From assembly GCA_034780895.1 (NCBI GenBank), contig JAUZTB010000076.1, positions 92,888,610 through 92,952,609 of the forward strand: a DNA stretch of 64,000 nt, read 5' to 3'. Source of the DNA: Rhynchobatus australiae (taxonomy: Eukaryota). Positions 38,601-51,059 of this stretch are shown one piece after another. The notes beneath the pieces are model-generated. The model saw only the letters and a list, made by a program, of their open reading frames with translations. It had not been told where the DNA came from and did no database searches. How positions within the stretch are numbered: the first letter of the stretch is position 1; each line of letters starts with the position of its first letter. The translations under genes were made by a program, and so were the position numbers.

Positions 38601-41600
38601 GATAACCTTTATGCTCTAGTGAATATTGCCAGTGGGGGGAAGGGGACTGGGTGGGTGCTGCTAGAAATGATTCCTATGTTTCTAAGGATCAAATAGGACA
38701 TTAAAATTACTGAAGCTCTATGGATTTGACTTTAAAGCCAACAGAAAATACTCCTCATTGTGCAGATATCTGCTGGCACTCTCTCTTTCACCCTGAAGAA
38801 AATACTCCTTGTGCTCTGGTAATATTTCCCAGATGTTCTCTTATTTTGGCATTGGAGAAACATGAATTACTTAGGGCGCGACATTCCACCTTTAAGGTTT
38901 TTTCCTGTTGACCAACACTACAGAATTATTTCTGGGAGATGCAGGATGGATGAACAAAATACAATTCAGTAGTTTACATGTATTTTTTTTAAAGTTCCAG
39001 AAGGGACTGCAGAGAATGATAACAAAGGTAGGACAGGAGATTTCAAGGAAGTTGTGGGCATATGGTCGGAAGGCCACATGGTTTGTCTTGGAGCTGCTTT
39101 TATTTATTAAATGTAAAAATGATCCAGACATTGAAATTTACTGTTAACACTGAGGTTAGGATTGTGGCAGCATATGAAAAACTTCAGATTACTGGCTGCA
39201 TATATTGAGTGAAAATGTGGCAGATCCAACTCAACACAAAAAATATGCAGTTAAACACTTTGGAAATAAAATATTACAGCATCTTTGTCATGTTTTAAAT
39301 GGAGTAGGAGAATGGAAGGATCTACGGTAATTAAAAAGAGTAGTACCAAATAATTTGTCTAACATGGGTTGTTTAAATTACAAATCTCTGTTCTCATCAT
39401 CATTCCAATATGAACTACTAAGAATCATATGAGGTACTAAGTTGTGTTTCCTTTATCTATCCCATCTCTCCCAAAATTAATTATATTGTGTTTGCCAATG
39501 TGAACTGCTTATTAAAAATAGAGACCAAGTCGCTAAATATGCTTAAGAAGGAAGGGAATAAAGATTCTTCGACACAAGCATCAAAGGGTAAGGGGAGAGC
39601 ATAGAATGGGGACAGATGTTCAGCCATGATCGTATTGAACGTGGTGCAGGTTTGAAGGGCCAAGTAGTCCAATTCTGCTCCTATCTTCTATATTTCCTCA
39701 CCCTGACCATTACTTTCAACTGGAACTAGTCCCTCCCTTTCCCAAATGTGGTGATCATTACGGGAGCACAAGTTTAGACTCAGAAAAAACGTCAACTGTC
39801 AGCTACATAGGAACTTTGACAAAGATTAATTGAGTGTTCAGTAATTGGCATCGCAGGTTAAAACAATATTAATCTATTTTTTTTTCTGTTTCACTCTAGC
39901 AACAGCAGAAGTAACCATGGCACCTTATTGTCACTCTAAGATCTGGCAAAGTACATTCTGGTCAGAACTTCCTGGTATGTATTGCTTGGTGCTGCATCAC
40001 TTGCTGCATTTATCCACTGAAACATTATGTTTTACTTTTTCCTGGTTTGATATCAATATGTGCTCCCGCCTTCCTTGCCCAGACACAGTTCTCAAAACTC
40101 TCATCAATTTCAGTATTTGTGGGAAAGCCTACCGTCAGTAAGCTGGCCATGTTTTGTACCCTTATGTGACATCATAGTCAAACTAAAACCTGCAAGGAGT
40201 ATTTATATATTTTGTTATTTACTTCACCATAATAGTGCTACTTGCAGACTGTAGTTTAATCATTAAGAAAAAAGTGAGTCAGTGTGTACTTGTGTTAGAT
40301 TACTAGTACAGTAAAATACCTTTCTCTAAGCTTCTAAATGGCTGAATTGTCAAAAAGATCAAAACTGAAGGATTTCATAAAGATGACTACTGTTAACTGC
40401 TGATGCAACTGATAGCATGGCATTTCTTTATACTGAATTTTCCCTATAGCATGCAGTGTTTTAATTGAAGAATGTAGAATCCTTCAATTACTTCTAAGTT
40501 CTTACAGGCTGTGAAATTATAATAAAGATAAGAAACACATTAAATAAGAACACATATTCATACAATCTGTATTGCATACTTTTGTATATCTTCCTTGATT
40601 GGATTTTAAATATCCAGCCTCAGAATTGAGAACAATGTGTACAGATTACTTGGTAGAAAAAAAATGTGCATTGTTTTTCAATTGTTGACAGATTAAGAAG
40701 ATTTTTGACAGCAAGGTCCCTAACATTTGCTTGAAACCGACTACAATCATTCTATGGAAGACACAGAAATTGTTGAAATGTAGCTAAGTGTTGCTTTATC
40801 ATTTGTACTATAAAATTTGAACATTTGTAATGTAAAAACACACATACCATTTAAACTGGAAACAGTTTACACTAATTACATTACTGTTCATAATTCTCAA
40901 AACTAAAGGCTAACAAGTGGCATGAGAAAAAGGGAAGCCCTCCCAGAAAGCAGCATCTAATTGTACTTTCATGTTGTTTTAAGAATGATAATATTCTTAT
41001 ATATATCAGAACATAAACTAANNNNNNNNNNTTCATGTTGTTTTAATCGGTTTGTAATTTGTTGGCATAAATCCTGATGGGCTACAAATGATTAAGTAAT
41101 TAAGCTGAATCAATTGAACAGATGCCTGACCAGCATAGTTCAGCTGGACTCTGAACAATCAATTTCCTCCTGAGGCTTTCGTGAAATTTCTTCAGTGAAC
41201 AGTTTGTTACACAAAAAGAAATTTAGATGAATCTATCTGGAATTTAACATTACTCATCATAAACAAGACAACTGGACAATTTTATGGCAGGGGAGAGATC
41301 TGAACACTGCACAGTTAAACTTTGTTTAAAAAAAACACTGACACATGCTTATGTTCTGTCATATTTAAAGGGTTCTGATAGTTCATAAATAAAGATCCAA
41401 AGCATTGTTACTTAAACCACTTAAGTTACTTAAAGAATTGGTTCCAGGCACGGAGTGGCTCTGTGAGTTAGTAATCTGTCTTCTGGGGCTAAAATTCAAA
41501 CCAATCCCAGACTGAAGGGATTAGAATTAATCTCATTCTCTTCTCTACTTTTATATTGGTCTGTTTTCAGTTTGAATTCTAGCATTTGCACTGTTATATC

Positions 41601-44139
41601 CAGGTGGCCACCACCTGAGCCTCTAAATACTACGTGCATGGGGGAGCAGACCTCACTGATGTGTAAAAGAATGGATGTGCCCCATCCCAAATCCCAGAGA
41701 TGGAGACACGTTTCGATTCTTTGTCAGCTGGAATGCCTGACAGCTGCTCCGCTGAAGGTACACTGAGGCCCTTCCAAGTCAATTTTCCTTAGTGCCTTGG
41801 AGCACTAGAAACTCACTGCATAAGAATAATCAATCTATCCTTCCAAGGTCTTACAAGAACTTTTGGCAGTTCTTAGCTGTTGAGCTCCAGTGAGAGTGCA
41901 AATTCTGAGACTTTTTAGATTACTATCCCACAGAAAAGATTTAACCAAAAGACCTAATGATGAATAGTTTTCTCTTTGCAATTCACGCAAAGTTTCTTTG
42001 GAAATAAAAAAAGCTCTGTAGTGGATATTACTTAAAATATCATTGTACAATTTTATGATGCCTTCTTAACTATTGCATACAAATATGTATGTCAATTTGT
42101 CGTAGCAATTAATAAATAATTCTCACCCAATGCACTGGAAGGCTCCTGCCTCCAATATAGTTTGGAATTGTGTAAATTATAAAAGATAGTTTCAGAAGCA
42201 GTCAGTGAGTAAAGTAATCCCTTACTATTTTCAGAAAGTAGAGTTCAGAAATGTACTGAAATGTATCTGATACCATGTGAAAGATCCACTCCGTTTTAGA
42301 TCTGGAAGCTACTTGAATGTTTGGGCATGGATAAACATGATAAACTCTTGGAACCAGCTAACAGCTGAACTTGATACCGTTTACAAATTGGGGCTGGGCA
42401 ATGTCAACCCAGTTCTAAGCCATTTTACTACAATAAATGGACTAGGAACAAATTTAGTAGTAAGAACCTGCATTAAAACAGATTTGTACAACAGCAGATA
42501 ATCAAAAACAGCTGCAAGCTGTAAAATTTAAAATGAAGAAGCTTTTGGCAACATTTAGATACATATATGCCAGAGAATTTAATTTTGCTAACTAACACTT
42601 GCATCTAAATGAAATATTTGTGCTTAAAAATTTAATCACACAATAATTTGTTTACAACAACATACATTACAATATTCAAATTTGGTACTAAAAATTTAAT
42701 TATCAAGTAATCTAAATGAAGTCCTACANNNNNNNNNNGACCCAAGTTAAAAAAAACGGCTCTCATATTCCACTATATTTTTAAATCTAACAAGAAACTG
42801 GAACATTTCTCAAAAAGAATAGACACTTTGTTTCATGCATTTTCAGCATGAAAAACTTCTTGCAGAACTTTTCATTGCTATAACCTGGTTATCCCCAGAT
42901 TCTCAAGAATGTTTTACCTTCCCCCCTCACACATGAATATAGTTTACTGTTTTAAGGTCACTTTCCTCTTTTGTTCTTTATATTCTTATTTTGCTGTGTA
43001 TGAGATTTACCAACTATCAAACCCTCCTATTTTGTACTTTCCTCTTTCAGATTCTTACCTCCAACAGTCTCGTCGACGATCTTTGCTACTTCCAGACCGA
43101 CAGCGCCCCTTTCCTTTCCTTCCGCTCCATGGGTGCTGCCATTTCTTTTAACTGTCATGGCACAACCTGCTCCAGGAGAATCCACAGTAAACACAAGGAC
43201 CATACCATTGTCTCCTTCAAAACTCAGCTGCTAAATCTATTAATAATTTGCTCCCTTGCTCTTCACACCAGGTTCAATGGGTGAGTAGCAGTAGTAGGCC
43301 AGGAGTCTGAATGTTTGGACTCAGTAATTTCCCCCTTTTCTATTTTGTACACCTGCCTCATGTGCTTTGACAATCCCTTTTTCTTTTATCTTTACTTTTT
43401 AACCTCTTGCTGTTTGCTTGTCATCCTTTATCCCCTTATTTCCTGCATCATTTCTCAGCAACAGAGGGATTTTCATTATTGTGAACGTTTCTTTTTCTTG
43501 ATGTTGTCTGTTGGCAAAAGAAGTTTTCAGTTCACTAATAATCCAGCAGGGACTGTAGTTGGTTGTCCACAAGTAAAAGACTTTTCTCAGAATAACATGA
43601 GCAAAAGGCCATACAAGGCTGAGATGAATAAGCATAATAAGTGGGATAGAAACAAATTCAGATGACCCAAAATGAACAAAGAGTAATGACCACAATGCAC
43701 TGTGGTATCATTCATCTGTTTTGAGAAAATACAGAATGTCAACTGTGGCTGCTTCTAGGGTCTTGAATCACAATAGTCAGGCATTTGACAGATAATATCT
43801 AAAATAAAATCTTAATGATACAGGCCCGATGAGAACTTTTGTCTATGTATTTCTATTGCAAGTAGTAGCACAGAGCACAACCTCAACGCAAGATAGTAGC
43901 TAAGCAACTTCTATGTAAAAAAACAAACTGAATGCCTGACCTCAGACAACTGGAAGTGTATTGTTAATCAGAACTTCCTTAACTAAGAGTTGAGATGGTT
44001 AAAGTACTAATCCACACAGAGGACAACTACATGAATTCTTTCCAATATGGGACAACAAAGATGTCCAATAAACAACTTGCAGCTACAGTGATGCCAGAAC
44101 TGAACCAATATGAGTGTTGATTCAGCAGTGCATATGTAA

Positions 44140-44530
44140 AGAAGTTATTTCACAAAGTGTATTTTTCAAGTTCAAGAGACTCTAGAACATAGCAATCAAT
44201 GAAGCATTTTGAGGTATAGTCTCTGTGGTGATATAGGGGAATACAACAGCCAAACTGGCACAGCAAGGTCAATCAAAATGTTTGTTTTAGTGATGTTGTA
44301 TGAGAGCTGAATGCTAGCCACAATACTGGGAGAATGACTTAGTTCATCAAATAGTCNNNNNNNNNNNNNNNNNNNNNNNNNNNNNNNNNNNNNNNNCAAA
44401 AAGGGTTTTGGTGAAATGCTTGATCTGAAAAATAGAATCCCTCTTGACTGCACTAACTTCAATTCTGTGCTCAAATCTCTGGACTGGGAGTTGAATTCAA
44501 AACATCACGCGTCAGAAACGAGTGTATTAT
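44140..44530 (-). mobile_element. Ancient Deu-domain tRNA-SINE remnant
   Basis: cagccaaactggcacagcaag..tttagtgatgttg..tgtgctcaaatctctggactgggagttgaattc, the last part being a reverse B-box-like sequence. Confidence 0.55.
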
Positions 44531-45769
44531 GACGATGTTAGAGTTGAGACCTAATTGGCGCACACAGTTTAAACCCCACTGCTCCCTTCCTTCTTGGCTT
44601 AATTCTTTGACTACTACAAAAGGATACTTTCTTTCCTGTTAACCACATGGCAACAAAGGGAACATTGTCATGGTAAAGTTGTTTGTGCTACATCTCAGCA
44701 ATCCTGGTCTTGGAAATACTAAGCAGTTTCACTATAATTTTGGAGCCATACAGCTTGAGGTCCCAGTGCCAAATTTTAAAAAGGATTACCCTGATAGTCC
44801 TACTTAACATCTTGCTATCTGCAACACTACAAATTATTTTAGTTCCATCTTGTTCGTTAATATTGAATCTACATCTAACATCCTTTTAGGAAGTGCATGA
44901 ATATAGTAATAACTTTGCGTGTAAAAAAAGTCTTCTCTCACCTTTTCCCTCCTTTCTGGTTCTCCTACCACCTCGTACGTTTATTGAAAATGAAAAGCCG
45001 CTTTCTCTCTGCTGTATGAGACCTTTCCCTGTGAACATCTATATCAAATATTCATTAACCTTCTCTGCTCCAAGAGCAGTAGTAGGGGAAATGCTCTTGC
45101 TGCTCCTCATTACTGAAATCCTCATCTCAGGTATCATTTCATTTCTAAGCACAGCGTCTTATAATTTTATAAATATGGCACATTTCAGCAATGCTGCCAG
45201 GCTCTGTTTATACAGCACAAGCTCTGTACAATGAATAGCCAAGATGAACGTTCTCTTTTCTCCCTACAGTTCTATAAATCCCCATTAAAATATATGGGCT
45301 CAGATAATGCACCAGGTCTAAACTGGCACAGGATGCCAGAATAGATATCTCAATGCAAACACAAATGAAACTCTGCTAATCAAACTTAGTTGCTTGAAAT
45401 CATGGGCAATCCAGGACAGAACACACCGGAAAATTGCCAGTGGAATTCGGCCAGCAACCTTGGGTTGCAGTAACAGAGCACAAAGTCTGAAGCTTACTGA
45501 CGCTTATTCAGCAAAATCCAGGTCACCACCACCACCATCATCATTATCAGATGCTTGTCCATGCAATGTTACACTGATAACTAAATCTGGCTCAGACTCA
45601 AGACTAAATCTAATATGGCCTGCTCTATTGTTGGTTTTAGGAGGTAGATTGCTTACCCCCTAATCAAATAAAGGTTAAAATGTCTTATTAAAACCAGTAT
45701 TCCATCATTACATACATGTCTAATATCTGCACCTGAACACATCATAGCTGGTTCCAGGACATTTCAACA

Positions 45770-46690
45770 TACAAATTAAAACCACTACTCCTGTCCCTCA
45801 TGTCCACTCACCATTTAAGATGGTGGCTGATCTAAGTGCAACCTCAACTCCATGTTTCTGTCTACCTCTGGTAACCTTTCACCCCCTTGCCCATCAAGAC
45901 TATCCGTCTCAAGAATTTGCCTCTAGTACTCTTTGAGGAAGAGAGGTCCAAAGACTTACAACCCTCAGAGAAAAAAGATTTCACCTCACTTCATTTCAGT
46001 CTTAAATAAGTGATGCCTTATTTTTAAACAGTGATTCGCCATTCAAGATTCTCCCAAAGAGGGAAGCATCACCTCCAGATCCATTCTATTCACACCCTTC
46101 GGAATCTCATGATTCAATCATCCCTCTCACTCTTCTGGGCTTCAATGGATACATCCTAGTCTGTCCAACATTTCTCATAACACAACCTGCACATTCCATG
46201 CATTACTTGAGTAAACCTTCCCCAAACTGCTTCCAACACTTTAACTTCCTTAAATAAAAGACCAATACTAAACAGTACTCCTGAAGGTCTCACCAATGCG
46301 TTACATCACTGAAGGATAATGTTCTTACTTTTGCATTCTATTCCCCTAGCAATGAGTGATGTCATTTGGTTAGCTCTCCAAATTACTTGCTACACCTGCA
46401 TAATAAGCAACTTACTGGAACTATGTACCAAGATTCTCTGCAATAGCAAAGCTCTGCAATTTCTCACCATTTGGATAATATGCTTTTTATTTTTCCTGCC
46501 AATTTCACATTTTCCCACATTATTCTCAGTTTACCAGATGTGTGCCAATTCAACGTCTGTGAGACTTCCTGGCGTCTTTTGCACAATATATTTTCCTACC
46601 TATCTTTCTCTTATCAGAACATTCAGTAACCATAACTTTGGTGTCTTCATTCAAGTCATTTACATGAGTCATGGCCCAAGCTGTTAACTG
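45770..46690 (-). mobile_element. Decayed CR1 LINE 3' part
   Basis: Reverse-complement CR1 tail (ccatttaagatggtggctgatct) and RT remnants (cacattttcccacatta, tcttcattcaagtcattta). Confidence 0.75.
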
Positions 46691-48616
46691 TTTGGGAACA
46701 AATCAGAATGAAGATCTTTTCATCATCCTACACCTTATTTATGTTCCTTATGTGCAATGACAACCAGATAACTTCTTAAAATGTATATACCCAAAATTCC
46801 CCATCGCCTCCAAAATAATCCAGCCCTTTCTTCCTTAATGCATTATCAAACCCCGCTTCTGAAGTTTTTCCACTTAGCAAATAAAAACTGAGAAGAAACA
46901 CCAGCTTTATTTAGTTGAGGTGAGTTTCTCTTCATGTAGGAAATCTTTACAAATAATTCATACCAGATCCTCAATAGTTATACTTTTGACAGGTGAACTG
47001 GCTGCTGCTTCAGTGTAGTATGCAGCAAAACAAAATCAAGAAAGAATGGATAGCCACGTGAGAGAAAATTAGTTGCAGGGATACTGGTAAATAAAAGGTG
47101 GGAAACTGGACTGATGAGACTGCTCTGCTATGAGCTAGCAGGGACCTAATGGGCCAAATTGCTTCCTTTGTTGTAATAAGTAGGTATACCATTGTATTTA
47201 AAAGGTTCTCAAAGGCGTTATCTTGGTTGACATGCCAAACCAATGGTGACACGGAAGAAATTACCACTTTTGCCAATCCAACTTTTGATGATCCTGGAGG
47301 AAAATAGAGTCCCTGAAAGAACTTCAAACATGGGTGCTCTAGGTTGCGCATTAGCCTGTCTCGATTTATTGCATAAGGGCATTATCTAGTCTGTATTATA
47401 GAGGCTTTTGAAAGTTAAATTTTAAATCAAAAGTTCAAATTAACTGGTAGCTTTATAAAGGCTATTTAATTTTTTGCAAACAAAAAAACCCGCCAAAACC
47501 ACCATTTAACACCTAATGTTTTCACACATAGTATTCATTCGAAAAATAGTTTCCTTTGCTGCCTTCATATCTATACATGCTAACTATCTGCATTTGACTC
47601 TCCATTGTTCACAGTCTTGCCCCTAATCATTTGTACCTGATGATGCTGCAACCATCCTGAAGCGTTAAACTGTCCTGAATTCAGTGGACAGGAATTCTTG
47701 TCTAGTATTGTCAGATCAGGAATTCACCCTCATAATGAGCAACAGAATTATATCCACAGGAAGGGAATATCCCTGGGGGTGGGGAAAGAATAAGTTCTAC
47801 TGTCTTGGAAATATTTTCCCTTTTCAACATTACTATTGACTCTGTTTCCACAATGTCTTCCAAAGCATAACAACAAACTGAAACTTACTATTCTCAGTAA
47901 AGAAAATGAGGCAATCGTTTCATACATCTTTATATTCGCTATAATGTAGCCTGCTAATAGAAAATACTTGAAAGAAGTTTGGCCTGGGCTGACTTCCTCT
48001 TAATATTCCCTCTGTTTGACTTCTAGCTGTCCTGATCTGTAATCTGCAGTTTTACTGTGAGGAATACAATATATCTGATTGCCCCAGCCACTGTTAAGAA
48101 GTTGCCACATAAAGATTATGCTACTTCTATGTTCGTGTTTTAATATACATTCCAGGAGCTCAGTGAAAATGAGAAATACATAGTATTTCATCCAGGTTTT
48201 ATCCAGGTACTTGTCTACTAAGGATTTAATCATCACTTGGATACCAGGTTTCCAGTTGGTGAACCCAAGATTCTTTTGTACATTTAAAAATCACTGGAAA
48301 CTGTAAATAGTCCATAATAACACATGCATAAAAGCTCTACAATACTCAAGAAAATAGTTCTTTGAACAATAATTTTAGCTGCAGTCAATGATGAGATTTT
48401 CTTAAATTTTGGTTGCAGAGGAGAAGTGCCTATCACATGAAAATGTTCAGGAATTATGGAATCAAGCTGGTAATATGTAAAGCAGGTCATGCTTGTTATC
48501 TTTCCTCAAACAGCAGTCAAATAACCATCCATATACAAATAAAGCACAAGTGAACCTCAAGTCTCTTGCTGGGACAAAGAATTTTAAACCAAAACTGCTG
48601 ATCTTCCCAAATTTGA

Positions 48617-48906
48617 TCACGGTAGTGTAGCGGTTAGCGAAATGTTATTACAGCGCCAGTGACCTGGATATAATTCCAGCCACTGTCTGGAAGGAGTTTG
48701 TATGTTCTCCCTGTGACTGCGTGGGTTTCCTCTGGGTCCTCCTGTTTCCTCCCACATTCCAAAGACGTACGGGTTAGGAAGTTGTGGGCATGCTATGTTG
48801 GCATCGGAAGCATGGTGATACTTGTGGGATGCCCCCAGAACATTTTACGCAAAGATGCATTTCATTGTGTGTTTTGATGTACATGTGACTAATAAAGATA
48901 TCTTAT
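48617..48906 (+). mobile_element. tRNA-derived V-SINE with a non-CR1 (Rex/Babar-like) tail
   Basis: Head cacggtagtgtagcggttagc; V-domain-like aaggagtttgtatgttctccctgtgactgcgtgggtttcctc..tttcctcccacattccaaagac; tail ttcattgtgtgttttgatgtacatgtgactaataaag. Confidence 0.85.
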
Positions 48907-49075
48907 CAGTGTGAAATACCTTTGAGTACCACCCAAAGTAAAAGATGAAAATTAAGATGCTTTTGAACATTTTTTTCTGTAAGGTGGAGCCTCAGTCATG
49001 ACTCTTGAAATTCCTTCTGATGAACCTCTCAATATTTATGAATCTAGCTAATGATTCCCTTTTCATCATCATTTA

Positions 49076-49290
49076 CAGTGGCGTGCGGAAGTTTGGGCAC
49101 CCCTGGTCAAAATTTCTCTTACTGTGAATAGCTAAGTGAGTAAAAGGTGACCTGATTTCCAAAAGGCATGAAGTTAAAGATGACACATTTCTTTAATATT
49201 TTTAAGCAAGATCACTTTTTTATTTCCATCTTTTACAGTTTCAAAATAACAAAAAAGGAAAAGGGCCCGAAGCAAAAGTTTGGGCACCCT
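49076..49290. mobile_element. One end of a Tc1/mariner DNA transposon (IR/DR type), truncated at an N gap
   Basis: TA|CAGTGG terminus at 49074-49081. The 14-bp direct repeat aagtttgggcaccc occurs at 49089-49102 and 49276-49289, bracketing an AT-rich spacer. Confidence 0.8.
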
Positions 49291-51059
49291 NNNNTGGACA
49301 CCTGGCATGAAACCTACAGAGTGAAAGAGAAAAAGTAAGAGGTTTAGATGGACATATGCACAGACATAAAAAGAAAAGAGAGAAACCTAATTATAACAGG
49401 AAATTACAAAGCTAACACTACCTTGGTGTATTCAGCTCTTCTTGAAAAGTAAGGCATCAAATTCTCCTTCAGCTAAATTTCATGGAGTACTACTTTACTT
49501 TCTATCATTTAATCGTACTAATAACACAGTTAAGCTTGATTGAGTCAGTCATGGAGCTGTGGAAGTAAAGCTGCTAACTAGTTTAATTAATGAAAATCAT
49601 GGTTAACTTGTGTTGTCATTATGCTCTCGAAAAGAACTGATTTAGGGTGGACTGTGTGCACATTTGCTTGATTTACACAACAACAATACAAGAATCTTTA
49701 AATGTACAGTTGGAAATGCATTATGAATTTAAACTTGAAAAGTCCAAGGTGTCTGGTTCACTCCAGTTTCTGTAGAAACTGGCATAAGGTGATGGTTAAG
49801 AGAAATTAGTAGCCCTTTTCAGGTTTTAGTCTTAGCATCATGTAGAGTGATTTTTATATCAGAGTAAAGCAAAGAATATTTCAATTTATTTTCACTCTTA
49901 AATCCTTTATTAATTTATCTTTACAACAGAGATAGAGCAAACTTATTATTTAGGTTTATCTATTTTGCCTTTCTCTATCAAATAAGTTTGTTCTGGACAA
50001 CGTAGTCTATTACCATAGCTAAATAGGATTTAAATGTAGTTAATAATATTTGAAAATGGCAATGAAATGGACCTTTTGATCAATTGACAACCAGTAAGTT
50101 TCAAATGGAAGGTTAAGGAGTCCCAGACTCAAACTTTGCTGCTTGAAGATACATAGATGAACATTATCTTTGTTCATTTACTTGATAAAGACTTCCAAAG
50201 GATAATTACACAATTGGAGAGCAGAGTGAACAGGACAATAGCTTGTAGCCCTAGACTTTACGTACAGAAGTGATTTACATCTATTTCGTACCAAAAGTGA
50301 GGTTAGAAAAGAGTGAAATCAAAAGCACTACATATATACGTACACACAATTATTTCTCACTGAAAAAGATGTTTAAAGAAGCAAGCTATAATTTTATTCT
50401 ATTTGCAGACTAACAACTGAGCAAGGAACAAGCTATGTTTCCTTTGGGTTCTACCAGCGAGTGTACTAATTAAGGGATGGCAACAACAAAACAAAGCCAG
50501 ATGAAAGAACAAACGTTTCTTTTAAACAGGAAGAAGAGTTCAAATGTCAATCTTACAATGGTCAGTAAAAAAAATAAAAATCTGCATTATTCATATTAAG
50601 TTGCATGCTTTTGTTGTTTCAGATAACTGGATCATATGTACTAATCAGCATCGCCATTAAAACCTCACAAGAAACACACTTTTCCAAGATACAACAAAGT
50701 GAACTCTCCTAAAACTTGGTGACCTTATCTACTAAGTTGTCAATTTACAAAGGACCTGGCTACAATCTCTATTCTATGCTGAGCAATCTGATCCATGTTG
50801 AAGGAGCGGTATAAGATGCAACTATCTGGGCCATTTAGTTAGGAAATTGGTGGGGGAAAAAATACAAGGAGTGTCAGAAGAGAATGCAACACCCACTGCA
50901 GTAAATCTATGTCTATGAGATTTGGTGGACAGGATCTCATTCACATTGACAGAAGTGCCCATGGAACTGTGCCCCAATAAGAAATTACTTAAGGAGGAAA
51001 GACAAAAAAAAGACTGACAAGTAAATCAAACAATGCCAATGAAGGATGCATTATCTTGA

